This document shows positions 16,502 to 26,418 of a DNA stretch of 36,841 nucleotides, piece by piece. Position 1 is the first letter of the stretch. Every line of letters starts with the position of its first letter. The translations under genes and the position numbers were made by a program. The notes beneath the pieces are model-generated. The model saw nothing but the letters and a program-made list of their open reading frames with translations, did no database searches and was not told the origin of the DNA. The stretch comes from a virus (taxonomy: Duplodnaviria > Caudoviricetes): the IMG/VR virus record IMGVR_UViG_3300037424_000507, positions 1 to 36,841 of that record; one strand, written 5' to 3'.

Positions 16502-17287
16502 TTATTTAGGACCGATCGCCAACCAGTTCACATTATCAGATGCTGCTGATCCGTCATCAGCATATAAATTGATCGTGAACCCGCTGGCAGAAACACCGGA
16601 AACGCTAGCCATTCTGGCGTTTGTCGTTTTAGGGGCGGGGATAACATTCGGAGGTTGGGAAAAAGCAACCGGGAAGGTAACCGTAGCAGATCCAGAAACG
16701 ACGTTCACTACACCTGCCTGGATCCGGACCGGTGGCATTATATAATTTGTCGTTCCCGCGATTGACCAATCCGTAGCGCTTCCTCCCTGGCGGCCGGTAA
16801 ACGGGCTGCCTATCACGCGCTCATCCGTCAGGGTTACAGTTCCAGATGTATTAACTAATGCCTGGTAAAGCATAATATCGTAGGTAGTACCTGGTGTCTG
16901 CGTGATCGCCGGGGCTGTAGGGCTAGCTGCATCCACGCCAGCGATCCGAGTAAGCTCGCATTTAAAACCCGCCCAAGTTGCGCGTACTACGATCCGGTCA
17001 ATCCTGGTGTTCCCACCACCGACCGCGCTAGGAATAGTAATATCTTTATTGGCATCATTTTGATACCATTGGCCATCACAGACCGCGCCACCGGTGGCGA
17101 TCCTGGCAGTATTCGCACCAGGAACCGAACCGGCCAGCCCGTTTAAATAACCAGGCGAAACCCCCTCGAATCCAGCAGCTGCAGCCAGGATCGCCCATGC
17201 CTTAGCAGCGATAACCTGGGTATAACTGGCGACCTGGTGTCCGGATGGTGTTCCGCTTGTAGTCCAAAAGCCCGACGTCTCTGTCAT
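16502..17287 (-). CDS. Baseplate/receptor-binding protein with C-terminal H-type-lectin/gp53-like domain
   Basis: RIDRIVVR; VTFPVAFSQPP...VNWLAIG. Confidence 0.7.
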   Translation of the reverse strand: MTETSGFWTTSGTPSGHQVASYTQVIAAKAWAILAAAAGFEGVSPGYLNGLAGSVPGANTARIATGGAVCDGQWYQNDANKDITIPSAVGGGNTRIDRIVVRATWAGFKCELTRIAGVDAASPTAPAITQTPGTTYDIMLYQALVNTSGTVTLTDERVIGSPFTGRQGGSATDWSIAGTTNYIMPPVRIQAGVVNVVSGSATVTFPVAFSQPPNVIPAPKTTNARMASVSGVSASGFTINLYADDGSAASDNVNWLAIGPK

Positions 17288-17308
17288 GGGTTTCTCCTTC
17301 TTTCCTCA

Positions 17309-18196
17309 TCAGATCCCGCTAGAACGGTTGAAATAATTGATCTCGATTTTCGTGGCTGCAGTAATCGCACTGCCCTGCACCCGAATTGGGTTGATCCCAT
17401 CTGCCACCTCATCATCAGCTGCGATATGCCAGGTGGAGTGGTCACTGTCCGTAGTCAGATCCGAAAATTGATCCGCACCGGTAGAATCTACGATTGTTTT
17501 CAGCCCATACCGCAAGTCAATATCATAATAATCGCCAGCCGCAATCGTGGTGCCGGTGAAATCCAGTTTCTCGCCTGTCGCCATATTCGTAATGATTGCG
17601 CTTGTTATCGGTCCAGTAATCCGGATGATCGTTGGAAATGTGGCTACATCGCCGGCATATTCCAAATTCTGTGTCAGGTCAATCGAGGACGCGCCTACTG
17701 TCCAGGGTATTACCCAGGGAAACTCCCACGCGCTGCCGCCACCACCAAGGGCGAAACTGACCGATACACCTTCTGGATCATAAAAGGTAGGGTCGTCTGT
17801 TTTAAGAATGATCGCTGTTTTCTGGAATACTCCGGCGCGCCGGTCCTGTGCCGGCATTTTCATTCCGCCATAGTAATATCCATCCAGATAACGAATTTCG
17901 CCATCTTCCAGCACGTGTTTCATAATAATCAAGCGCGAAGGGCGAAATATCTGCAGCAGTTGCCGGCGTTTCGTCCTCAGTTCGGCCGGTGACCAGGCAG
18001 GAATCCCAAAAACATAGGTGGGAAATCGTGGATCCAGCCTGTAGCCGCGATCCGTGGATCCATGCTGCATCGGTCCTCGTTCTTCCAGCCGGTGCAGCGG
18101 GGGCATCCCCAGGTCATCCTCCCCCTCGAATTTGGCCGGATCTCCGTAATTCAGGTCGTATTCCACTCCGCTTACGATGGCATAAACTTTTATCAT
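17309..18196 (-). CDS. Distal tail protein (Dit-like)
   Basis: Follows the tape measure; DPTFY, FPW..PW, I.GP motifs. Confidence 0.78.
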   Translation of the reverse strand: MIKVYAIVSGVEYDLNYGDPAKFEGEDDLGMPPLHRLEERGPMQHGSTDRGYRLDPRFPTYVFGIPAWSPAELRTKRRQLLQIFRPSRLIIMKHVLEDGEIRYLDGYYYGGMKMPAQDRRAGVFQKTAIILKTDDPTFYDPEGVSVSFALGGGGSAWEFPWVIPWTVGASSIDLTQNLEYAGDVATFPTIIRITGPITSAIITNMATGEKLDFTGTTIAAGDYYDIDLRYGLKTIVDSTGADQFSDLTTDSDHSTWHIAADDEVADGINPIRVQGSAITAATKIEINYFNRSSGI

Positions 18197-20431
18197 TTAT
18201 CCTCTTTGGTGCATCAGTTCCAGCAGGCGCACCTGACGCGCCAGGTCATCGGACGTTTGTAACGGGCTGGCTGCCTGGATTACATAACTCCAGCTGTTCG
18301 TGATATTACCAGGACTGCCTGTCAATCCTAATCTCTGCTGAAATTCTGGCAGGGTATAAGTACTCAGTTCCTTCATAGCTGCATTAATCCCTCGCAGGCT
18401 TTTCTCGAATGGCGAAGGACTTTTACCTAACAGGACCTCCAACCATTCTGGAATTTGGATCGGATTTTTTAATTTTTCGATTAAATCTCCGAACCACCCA
18501 ACCAGATCCTCGATAACGCCCACAACATTACTAACGCCCGCAAATAACGGATCAATAATTTCCTCTTTAAACCATTCCAGCTTCGGACCAATATCATCAC
18601 GGATAAAATCATGCACCGTTTGCAGCGCGGGCTGCAGCGTTTCAGTCCATAAATCGGATAATGACTGGACCGCACCGCCTACATGCTCTTCAAGCCAGGG
18701 GACCAGGGTATCACGCAGGAACGGTATGAGGGTATCGCCCAGCCAGGCCCACACCTGGTTGATCGCCGGCTGCAGGGTTTCAGTCCAGAAATCGGATAGG
18801 ATCTGCAGCGCTTCCGGCACCTGTACTTGCAGCCAGGGAACAAGCGTATCTCGCAGGAACGGGATAACCGTCGTTTCCAGGAAATGCCAAACGGTTTCAA
18901 TGGCTGGTTTTAATATATCCTCCCAGAAATCGCTCAGGATCTGCAGCGCCTTGGGGATATATTCCTGCAGCCAGGGAACGACTTTATCTTGAAAGAACGG
19001 GATAAGAACGGTAGATAACCAGTTCCAAACAGTTTCTATGGCTGGTTTCAGCGTACCTGTCCAGAAATCGCTCAGGACCTGCAGCGCTTTAGGTATTTTG
19101 TCCTGCAGCCAGGGAATGATCGTATTCTGAAAGAACGGGATAAGGACCGTAGATAACCAGGTCCAGACGGCCTGGATAGCAGGCTGCAGCACAGTTGTCC
19201 AAAAGTCGCTCAGCCGCTGAATTGCTACAGGTAGAAATTCTCCAATCCAAGGAATGACTTGTTCTTGAACTACTTTTATAATGCTTTGAAAAGACGGAAC
19301 AAGCTGACCAGCCACTTGACCGATCATCCCCTTAAACCCGGCCTTGAGTCCTCCAACACTATCATTGAGATCCGCCAAGCCTGCGACTGTCTCTTCACCC
19401 ATCACAGCGCCAAGCTTGTGCGCCTCATCGCTCATGGCAGCCAAGCCTTCAGTGCCCAAATTAATCAGCGGGTTTAATTCCTGCGCGGATTTCCCGAACA
19501 GATCCATTGCAAGCTGGTCGCGCTCCGTCTCATTCCCCACGGACCCGAGTGCAGCGACCGCGTCGAAGAAGATCGCTTCACTGTCCCGCATCTGGCCGTT
19601 GCTGTCACGAACGCTGACCCCTAATTTACTAAAGGCATCTGCTGCAGGCGTTCCTGCCTTTTCTGCATCGTCCAGGCTGCGCACCATCCTGGCCATAGAA
19701 CCGGTCATAGTTTCCACATCGGTGCCGGTCTGGCCAGCGATGTAATTCAGCTCCTGCAATTTGGTCGTTGTGATCCCGACCTTTTCGGCGGTCTCGACCA
19801 GCTCGTCAGATGCAGCAGCAGATTTTAGTACCATCGCGCCGATACCGGTCACAGCCCCAGCCGCACCGGCGACCAGGCCTGCAGCCATGCCTGCAGCCAC
19901 TTTCGCCACGCCACCGGCCATCTTGCCCAGGCCGCCGACGGTATCGCCTAATTTCCCTTTCAGGTCGTGAAGCGCATTCTTAAATTTTTCTGTTGCGCCG
20001 GTCGCTTGTTTTTCCTCCCCTTCCAGCTTATCCGTCTCTTTGGCGGTTTTGCCTTCTTCGGATCTCATCTCGGAAAGTGCGGTTTCGGTTTTTCCCAATT
20101 CCGCTTCCATTTTTCCGAGCGTTTCTTTTTCCTTGTTTAACTTGATTTCCAGGTCCTGCGCGGCCTTACTGGTCTTTCCCTTTTCAGCTGCAACGCGCTT
20201 ATACTCCCCTTCCAACGCAGCCACTTTCGATTTCTGAACATCCATCTGGCCGGTGAGAGACTTCATCCTCAATTCCAGGCCACTTGCATCCTTCGCCCAA
20301 TCCCCCAGGCCTGCTGCAGACGCGCGAAAAGAGCTTTCCAGGACCCGCAGTTCTCGGTTCATGGCTGCCAGGCCGGTTTTGAAATCGGTGGTGTCCAGCC
20401 CTACGCGACCTGAAAGATTATTATCTGTCAT
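18197..20431 (-). CDS. Tape measure protein
   Basis: 744 aa, helical, aromatic periodic repeats, downstream of the chaperone. Confidence 0.92.
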   Translation of the reverse strand: MTDNNLSGRVGLDTTDFKTGLAAMNRELRVLESSFRASAAGLGDWAKDASGLELRMKSLTGQMDVQKSKVAALEGEYKRVAAEKGKTSKAAQDLEIKLNKEKETLGKMEAELGKTETALSEMRSEEGKTAKETDKLEGEEKQATGATEKFKNALHDLKGKLGDTVGGLGKMAGGVAKVAAGMAAGLVAGAAGAVTGIGAMVLKSAAASDELVETAEKVGITTTKLQELNYIAGQTGTDVETMTGSMARMVRSLDDAEKAGTPAADAFSKLGVSVRDSNGQMRDSEAIFFDAVAALGSVGNETERDQLAMDLFGKSAQELNPLINLGTEGLAAMSDEAHKLGAVMGEETVAGLADLNDSVGGLKAGFKGMIGQVAGQLVPSFQSIIKVVQEQVIPWIGEFLPVAIQRLSDFWTTVLQPAIQAVWTWLSTVLIPFFQNTIIPWLQDKIPKALQVLSDFWTGTLKPAIETVWNWLSTVLIPFFQDKVVPWLQEYIPKALQILSDFWEDILKPAIETVWHFLETTVIPFLRDTLVPWLQVQVPEALQILSDFWTETLQPAINQVWAWLGDTLIPFLRDTLVPWLEEHVGGAVQSLSDLWTETLQPALQTVHDFIRDDIGPKLEWFKEEIIDPLFAGVSNVVGVIEDLVGWFGDLIEKLKNPIQIPEWLEVLLGKSPSPFEKSLRGINAAMKELSTYTLPEFQQRLGLTGSPGNITNSWSYVIQAASPLQTSDDLARQVRLLELMHQRG
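18600..19230 (-). repeat. About five 138-bp (46-aa) tandem repeats in the tape measure gene
   Basis: LSD(F/L)W codons recur at 18647, 18785, 18923, 19061 and 19199. Confidence 0.85.
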
Positions 20432-20433
20432 AT

Positions 20434-20667
20434 TTATAGCCAGTTTACCTGGTCAATATAATCACGCCTTACCGGTCTTTTTCCTGTAAGGTGATTTATG
20501 AACGCCATCAGGTTGGCGGTATCTGTTTCATCAATATCATGCAGCGACCAACCTAACGATTTCCACAGCTGGATCTCGATTTCAGCCATCCAATCGGTTT
20601 CATCTGTTTCAGATCCAGGATCCCCTGGAGAAGTTTTTAAGGCTTCCCCAGGGGTGGGGGGTTTGGG
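20434..20667 (-). CDS. Tail assembly chaperone -1 frameshift extension (gpGT-like)
   Basis: Slippery C CCA AAC at 20667-20661; the -1 frame stays open to TAA 20434. Confidence 0.8.
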   Translation of the reverse strand, partial: PKPPTPGEALKTSPGDPGSETDETDWMAEIEIQLWKSLGWSLHDIDETDTANLMAFINHLTGKRPVRRDYIDQVNWL

Positions 20668-20957
20668 ACTGTACCCTGTGCGCTGGTCATAATACCGGTT
20701 AAGACGCTCATCATCTCGCCAAGATCTGCACCGTCGTTCAGCTGGTCCGTTGTAAACTGATTCCCGAACGTGTCCACGACCAGGGCGGCCAGGTCATCAA
20801 CAACCTCATCGCTCAGATCTTCTGCCTGGAAATTACCGATACTTTTCGATAGTTTCACAGCACGTTTCAACAGTTTCCAGGGAACGAAAGTGCGGGTATA
20901 TTCCTTGACGACCTCGTTTGTTTCCGGATCATAAAGAGTGATAACCAGATGAGCCAT
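20637..20957 (-). CDS. Tail assembly chaperone (gpG-like)
   Basis: Between major tail and tape measure; FGNQFT..QL..G. Confidence 0.82.
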   Translation of the reverse strand: MAHLVITLYDPETNEVVKEYTRTFVPWKLLKRAVKLSKSIGNFQAEDLSDEVVDDLAALVVDTFGNQFTTDQLNDGADLGEMMSVLTGIMTSAQGTVPNPPPLGKP

Positions 20958-20964
20958 AGTGCTC

Positions 20965-21888
20965 CTATGCAGCAGTCGTGAAGTTGATTGCGCCGGACAG
21001 ATGCTGGCCATAGATATCGGTCACGTTGTAGGCGATGATGTGGGCTGTTGTGCCCGCCAGGGTGGCATCCGGGTTGATCGTAATGATCTTCTTCGTGGCA
21101 TCCAGCGTGATCACGGATGCAACAACTGAAGCGTCGGACGCCAGCAACAGGACTGCATTGTAAACCGCATCATTGGTCAAGGCATTGTTGAAGGTCAAGC
21201 TCTGATCCAGGGTCTTCGACACACCGGATGCGCCATCCGTAGGAACGCTGGAGCTCAGAGCCAGGGCAGAAGGAGCTGCAACGCTCGGTGTCTGGACCTG
21301 GGTAAACCAGCCGGTTTCGTCGAAGTTCGTGGTATCGTCATCGCCGTAGACGCGCTTCACCGATTCATTGGTAGCTCCGATATCGAATTCAAAGACGGTT
21401 GGAATGGCCGTATAGGTCAGCGCGGTTGTTTTTGGATCCGGCGTATCGCCTTTGGTCTTGGTTTCCTCGGTCGGTGCGGAAAACCGGCCTTTGAGATACT
21501 GGTAATAGCGATAAGATCCGTTGCTCTTGAGCGACCGGAAGCTCAGCGCAAAATAGGGGGGTGTCGCCCCTGGATTATCGAACACCCGCCCGGATACAGC
21601 ATCGAACTGGCGTCCCAGCAGCTTGGCCTGCATCTCCGGGGGGATACCGGTTACCGTCAAGCTGATCACCGTCTCGCCCTCGATGACCATGCTGTCATAC
21701 GGTTGATCGTCGGCAAACTGCGTGGCTGCGTTGGTTGCCGGCGTCTGGCTGGCTTCCGCTGCAGGCGCCAGATATTCGGGCGTGTCCGCCGTGTAGGCTG
21801 CGGCACTGTCCACAGTTACTTCGGCAATGTAGAGGCTATCAAGCCCGATTCGACTTTTATACTCGCCTTCATTTGCAGAAATTGGCAT
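20965..21888 (-). CDS. Major tail protein (phi13-like) with C-terminal Ig-like domain
   Basis: IGLDSLYIA, FADD, PYFALSF, YLKGRF; C-terminal P.DGA.GV...LTFN. Confidence 0.88.
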   Translation of the reverse strand: MPISANEGEYKSRIGLDSLYIAEVTVDSAAAYTADTPEYLAPAAEASQTPATNAATQFADDQPYDSMVIEGETVISLTVTGIPPEMQAKLLGRQFDAVSGRVFDNPGATPPYFALSFRSLKSNGSYRYYQYLKGRFSAPTEETKTKGDTPDPKTTALTYTAIPTVFEFDIGATNESVKRVYGDDDTTNFDETGWFTQVQTPSVAAPSALALSSSVPTDGASGVSKTLDQSLTFNNALTNDAVYNAVLLLASDASVVASVITLDATKKIITINPDATLAGTTAHIIAYNVTDIYGQHLSGAINFTTAA

Positions 21889-21891
21889 TAT

Positions 21892-22239
21892 CTAATCCTC
21901 CAAAAAATTGAAGTCCATCGAGACACCAAAATGCCTCGTTTGTAAGTTATAAGGTAATTCCCGGCCTTCGATCCGGGTAAAGCCGGCAGCCAACATGGCG
22001 GTTTCCACCTGTGCTGGTGTCGTCGCCAATCCCGTCCGGCTGTAAAAGCTGACCTGCATCCGGTAGCTGCGCAGGGTTTCAAGATCATCCGCGTGCAGCT
22101 GCGGCGGGTTGCTGATCAGCTGGTAGACCAGGTACTGATCGGGAAGCTCCTGTCCGGAGGGCATGATCATAGTATTGGCAGCCAGCGGTAGCCCCAGACC
22201 ATCTAAAGCATCCTCGGTGATCTCCCAAATACTGGCCAT
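21892..22239 (-). CDS. Tail completion/terminator protein
   Basis: Position; YLVY...ADD...QVSFYS...AGF. Confidence 0.75.
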   Translation of the reverse strand: MASIWEITEDALDGLGLPLAANTMIMPSGQELPDQYLVYQLISNPPQLHADDLETLRSYRMQVSFYSRTGLATTPAQVETAMLAAGFTRIEGRELPYNLQTRHFGVSMDFNFLED

Positions 22240-22241
22240 CG

Positions 22242-22643
22242 TTATTTCTTGATAAATCCTAAACGTTCAAATACTACCCGCATGGCTTTTCTCACTTTGC
22301 TCATGTCCGTGTCCATCGTTGGGCGAATATAAGGCTGCGCAGCCATACTGCTGGTTCCATATTCTTGGGCATTGCCATAACGAGCTGTTTCGGCATCGGT
22401 CGTCTTATCGATCCCAACCAGAATGTAGTGGAAATTGCCATCTTGGTGCGGACCATCGATAGCAAGATGCTCCTCCAAATTGTGGGTATCCTTGGGTACC
22501 CGGCGCTGCATGCCATCTAGCAGAACTTCACCACCTTCCAATAATGCTTCATCAGCTGCGATATCCACATCCTGGCCAGCCTGGGAGATCTGCTCCAGGT
22601 ATTCGGCGAAGCCTTTGGTCTCCAATTTAGCTCTAACTACCAA
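22242..22643 (-). CDS. HK97 gp10-family neck protein
   Basis: VPKDTHNL, QEYGTSSMAAQPYIRP; TTG start. Confidence 0.85.
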   Translation of the reverse strand: MVVRAKLETKGFAEYLEQISQAGQDVDIAADEALLEGGEVLLDGMQRRVPKDTHNLEEHLAIDGPHQDGNFHYILVGIDKTTDAETARYGNAQEYGTSSMAAQPYIRPTMDTDMSKVRKAMRVVFERLGFIKK

Positions 22644-22677
22644 TTGACATCCACCTCCTATCGTGCTCATTCAGGCG

Positions 22678-22728
22678 TGGCAAGGATTTTCTTATCATGC
22701 TATATTTATGAAATAGAACTAAGGAGGT
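22678..22728 (+). promoter_or_regulatory. Moron promoter and RBS
   Basis: TGGCAA, 17-bp spacer ending TGc, TATATT; TAAGGAGGT. Confidence 0.6.
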
Positions 22729-22732
22729 CATC

Positions 22733-22960
22733 ATGTCCACCCAATATGAAACTCGCGTTGTCACATACGTAAGTGACAGATCTGCCAAAAGTGGGATCGC
22801 CAAGATGGAGAGTAAAGGATGGGAAGTTGTCTCCGTTGAATCCATCGACCGCGGATATGCAAAAGGAAAGACCTGCTGCCTGGCGATTTTGTTCTTCCCG
22901 TTGGCACTTTTAGGAAAGAAGCCAGCAGCGACGCGCGTCGTATATCGTAAGCCCAAATAA
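22733..22960 (+). CDS. Antisense moron, small membrane-associated protein
   Basis: Perfect RBS; GWEVVS motif; hydrophobic CCLAILFFPLALL. Confidence 0.75.
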   Translation: MSTQYETRVVTYVSDRSAKSGIAKMESKGWEVVSVESIDRGYAKGKTCCLAILFFPLALLGKKPAATRVVYRKPK

Positions 22961-22976
22961 TTCAGCTCAGAAATTT

Positions 22977-23321
22977 TCATCCTGCCTTCATCCTTTTCAC
23001 TTTAAGCTCCTGATATTCATGGCGTTCCTCGATATCATCGATTGAGATGATTTCATAGCGCTCTGAGCCTTTCAGCACGGCGCAGGTCTGGTCCAGCCCG
23101 CTGCGGTAGCGAATGAGCACAGTTGCCGGAGCCTCAGCTCCAACCAGGGCAGCCTGCAGGCTCTCCGCTCCGTGCGCATTCTTCCAGCGTGACCAAACCA
23201 TCGCGATCGTAGACCATGTTGGCTTCTGGAAGCCGCCGGTCTGATCAGTGATCGTCCGGCTCTGCAGAGAGATCTGCGTGCGCAGCTCCCCGGGATTGAC
23301 GACTTTATCCCCGATGATCAC
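22977..23321 (-). CDS. Head closure protein (SPP1 gp16-like)
   Basis: GELRTQI, W...VW, IRYR, YEIISI. Confidence 0.85.
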   Translation of the reverse strand: MIIGDKVVNPGELRTQISLQSRTITDQTGGFQKPTWSTIAMVWSRWKNAHGAESLQAALVGAEAPATVLIRYRSGLDQTCAVLKGSERYEIISIDDIEERHEYQELKVKRMKAG

Positions 23322-23821
23322 AGCGCCTCCAAGGGGATAATCAGCGCATCAAACCATTTATCATTCAGGTCGCTGGCCGAGAGCTGCTGGATATAGTCAT
23401 TCATGCTGATCACGCTCTCGAAGCTGGCTGCCTGGTTGCCACTGATGCCTTGGATGCCGGTCACACTGCTTACCGTATCCCCTTCACATACACCTGGAAG
23501 ATAGATATAACCGGCACTGCTCGAGCCTTCGAACTTGCGATAGCGCTGAGCCCACGCCTCGAGCTGCATTAATGCGGCCCGCAAGCCTGGACCCAGCGTA
23601 TCACCGGCAGCCATTCCGCCAGGGTCTTCATGCCAGCGAACCAGCAGCATCCTGGCTGCAGACTTCGCTCGAGGGGAGATCTGGTTATCGCTGGTCCAGT
23701 CCCTGCCGGTAGCAGTCTCGATATAGGCATCGATCAATGGAAGCAGATCGAGCATATTCGGGTCGTCTTCCGTGGTACGCAAGACGGTGGCCGCCTCGGT
23801 CTCGGTCAGAATATTAGCCAT
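23318..23821 (-). CDS. Head-tail connector (HK97 gp6-like) with C-terminal extension
   Basis: AYIETATGR, AARMLLVRWHE. Confidence 0.75.
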   Translation of the reverse strand: MANILTETEAATVLRTTEDDPNMLDLLPLIDAYIETATGRDWTSDNQISPRAKSAARMLLVRWHEDPGGMAAGDTLGPGLRAALMQLEAWAQRYRKFEGSSSAGYIYLPGVCEGDTVSSVTGIQGISGNQAASFESVISMNDYIQQLSASDLNDKWFDALIIPLEAL

Positions 23822-23829
23822 GTTACCTC

Positions 23830-23869
23830 CTCAGGCGGTCTATGATGACCGCCTGAGCGCCGTTCGGCG
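23830..23869 (-). promoter_or_regulatory. Post-capsid hairpins abutting the next RBS
   Basis: CTCAGGCGGTC-6 nt-GACCGCCTGAG 11-bp stem; no U tract. Confidence 0.6.
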
Positions 23870-25024
23870 TTAGCCGAGCAGTATCGCGATAGCTTCCGGC
23901 TTGACAGTCTTGACGCCCCAGGCCAAGCCGACTTCGAAGGCCACCTGGCGGTACTGGCGGTACAGCGCGACCTGGAAGGAGATCCCACTCAGTGGGTCAG
24001 TGATGATCGTCACGTCGTCTGCTGCATCTCCGCCTTCCGGCATGGCCGGAGCTCGCATCATCAGCGCGAGCGCTGAGCGACTGAAGGCCATATTGGCGGC
24101 ATAAGCCGCACCCACCGCCACCGGGTCATTGTTGACCCAGGCCACCCGGTTGCCGGGGTTGGCCAGCACGATATCCTGGTCACCGCCGCCAGTCTGGCCG
24201 GTTTTGACCACATACTTGTTGGTGTCACGGCCAGTCTTGGTGTTGGTCAGGATATCGCCGGCGACTATCGTGCCGGTGCCGGTGTCGATATGGATGGTGG
24301 TTGACCCGATCGCGTACCCGGCGGTCAGGTCCACCAGGTAGCCGGTGCCGGTGCCGATGGTGTGAGCCTTGACCTGCGCACTCTCGCGAATGGCAAAGCC
24401 CATCAGGTCAAGCAGAATGCCGCGGCGCAGCAAAGAGTCATCGCCAGCTTCATTGGCTTTCCATAGCTCGGTCAGAGAGCGTAGGGCCGCCCCAGCTGTG
24501 GTGTTGAGCACCACCTGCAGATCACCCAAGGGCGCGCCATTGTCGGCCAGGATCTTATGCAGCTGGGCCAGGAAGGTCAGCTTGTTGGTGCTGTCGAACG
24601 GCGTTGTTCCTGCCGTGCCATAGGCCCGGCTGGCCGCCACATACAACGCTGCCAGGTCGGCTTCGACCTCATTGACCAGCGTGCGCATCGCCTGGGCAAA
24701 CTGGTCCACCAAGATCGTGTTATATAAGCCGCCCAGGCTCTTTTGCTCTTCGCCGTTCCATCCGAAGACGACCGAGCGGCTCTTGCTGATCGTCATCGTT
24801 CCCGGAGATATCGTCTGATCAGTTGGAGTTGGACCAGTTGTGGCCGGCGTTATATTGCCTGCGCCGGCTGCCGGTGTGACCGGCCAGCCGATAGTCTGGT
24901 CTTTTGCTGCCTGTTCGCCTGAAGCATCCAGGGTCACCGCTGGGATGAATCCGGTCAGCTCGCGGAGAACGACGTCCAGGCCTTTATAGATAGTAGGAAT
25001 TAATCCTGTAAGCGTGTTAGCCAT
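23870..25024 (-). CDS. Major capsid protein (P22 coat-like)
   Basis: [34 protein letters not shown]...WGVK..KPE...LLG. Confidence 0.82.
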   Translation of the reverse strand: MANTLTGLIPTIYKGLDVVLRELTGFIPAVTLDASGEQAAKDQTIGWPVTPAAGAGNITPATTGPTPTDQTISPGTMTISKSRSVVFGWNGEEQKSLGGLYNTILVDQFAQAMRTLVNEVEADLAALYVAASRAYGTAGTTPFDSTNKLTFLAQLHKILADNGAPLGDLQVVLNTTAGAALRSLTELWKANEAGDDSLLRRGILLDLMGFAIRESAQVKAHTIGTGTGYLVDLTAGYAIGSTTIHIDTGTGTIVAGDILTNTKTGRDTNKYVVKTGQTGGGDQDIVLANPGNRVAWVNNDPVAVGAAYAANMAFSRSALALMMRAPAMPEGGDAADDVTIITDPLSGISFQVALYRQYRQVAFEVGLAWGVKTVKPEAIAILLG

Positions 25025-25090
25025 TTTTCATATCCTCTTTTTAAAATCATATCCTCATCATTTAAATTTCGTGTTTTAGGGATTAATAAA

Positions 25091-25462
25091 TTAATCCTCC
25101 AGAGTACCGCCAGAGCGGATGAAGCGCGCACGATCAACTAAACTCATACGGTCATACTCCTGGCGCTTGATGACCGATGGCTGAGTACCTTCGGCATCGT
25201 TGGGTTGTGTGTTGGAAACGGGTACAAAATTCTTGGCAATATCATTGGGGCGATTAGCTTTCTGCATACTTTCATACAGAGCCAACGCATTGGTATGCAC
25301 CTGCTGGGCCTTCTCCAGCTCCGGCTGCATAGCCAGAGCCTGTGCCTTTGCTTCGTCCGTTTCCTGGCGGAAGAGTGCATCCATCTCATGAGCGATACGC
25401 TGTACCTCCGCCTCAGCCGCGTTCGCGGCATCGAAATAAGGTTTCAAATCAATCATTGTCAA
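25091..25462 (-). CDS. Putative scaffolding protein
   Basis: Coiled coil between protease and capsid; C-terminal R.EYD.MS..DRA.FI..GG. Confidence 0.6.
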   Translation of the reverse strand: MTMIDLKPYFDAANAAEAEVQRIAHEMDALFRQETDEAKAQALAMQPELEKAQQVHTNALALYESMQKANRPNDIAKNFVPVSNTQPNDAEGTQPSVIKRQEYDRMSLVDRARFIRSGGTLED

Positions 25463-26418
25463 TTTCCTTTCATTGTTAATTTAGTTATCTCGCCAAAGGC
25501 GCTCACCGCCTTCGTCTCTAGGATTTGGTTGACCGTCATGCGGAGAGCTTCCGCTCGTTTAGCTTCTTCATTCGATAGTTTAAATAGCCTCCTTTGCAGT
25601 TTTTTGGTTGTTTCTTCCAGCGTTCCGATGTGATCCGCCATGCCTAAATTGATAGCCTGGCGCGCACTGACCACACGTCCTTCTCCAAAACCATTGCGTA
25701 CCTCATCGACCGATTTTCCACGGTTGCGTGCCACGGCTCGCACGAACATATCGTAAGCTTCCCGGACCGACCCCTGAATAGCCGAGTGGGCCTCCTCCGT
25801 CAATGGCTCATAAGGATTGCCTTCAATTTTGTATTTCCCTTCACTGATTAATGTCAGCTTGAGCCCTTCCATTTCGAGGGCCTTGCTCTCATCCCAATGG
25901 GCCGCGAACGCACCGATCGATCCCACCTCTCCTGAAGGGGTTATTACAATCTCGTCAGCTGCTGTACCAATCCAATATGCTGCCGAGGCCATTATGTGAT
26001 TAGCCACCGCTATAACAGGCTTTTTCCCACGCGCTTCATAGATCTTGCTGCTTAACTCCTCGACCCCAGTCGCCTGCCCGCCGGGGCTGTCCACATCAAT
26101 TATGATGGCACCGATTTCCGGATCCTTGACTAGTTCATCGAATTGCTTACCAAATAATTCGGCACTAGTTGCACCGGAAATCTCCGTCAACAGGTTCGCC
26201 CTCGGAAAGATAGTCCCAAACAGCGGCAGGACGGCAATATTCCCTAATTTGCGGTCCGCCGGGCGTTTGGCTCCATGAATCACCATTTGCACTTCCTCTG
26301 GAGGTAGCTTTTCACCAGAGACATGCCTAGCGACAATCTCCTGTAAAACTATCAAACGCTCGGGCAAAATGGCCCAAGGTGTCTGGGTAAAGGCGTCAAG
26401 AATACGCGATTTCTTCAT
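25459..26418 (-). CDS. S49 (SppA-like) prohead protease
   Basis: DSPGG, ASAAYWI, GSIG, GKYK. Confidence 0.92.
   Translation of the reverse strand: MKKSRILDAFTQTPWAILPERLIVLQEIVARHVSGEKLPPEEVQMVIHGAKRPADRKLGNIAVLPLFGTIFPRANLLTEISGATSAELFGKQFDELVKDPEIGAIIIDVDSPGGQATGVEELSSKIYEARGKKPVIAVANHIMASAAYWIGTAADEIVITPSGEVGSIGAFAAHWDESKALEMEGLKLTLISEGKYKIEGNPYEPLTEEAHSAIQGSVREAYDMFVRAVARNRGKSVDEVRNGFGEGRVVSARQAINLGMADHIGTLEETTKKLQRRLFKLSNEEAKRAEALRMTVNQILETKAVSAFGEITKLTMKGN

Noticed and set aside
17237-17992. 251-aa plus-strand ORF and the many other plus-strand ORFs over structural genes
   Set aside because: Antisense to well-supported genes, with no RBS or motifs.
18600-19230. CRISPR array or DGR repeat
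   Set aside because: In-frame degenerate coding repeats, no spacers, and no reverse transcriptase or cas gene in the window.
22633-22980. 115-aa minus-strand ORF between neck genes
   Set aside because: The plus-strand gene has the promoter, RBS and plausible protein; this ORF is its shadow.
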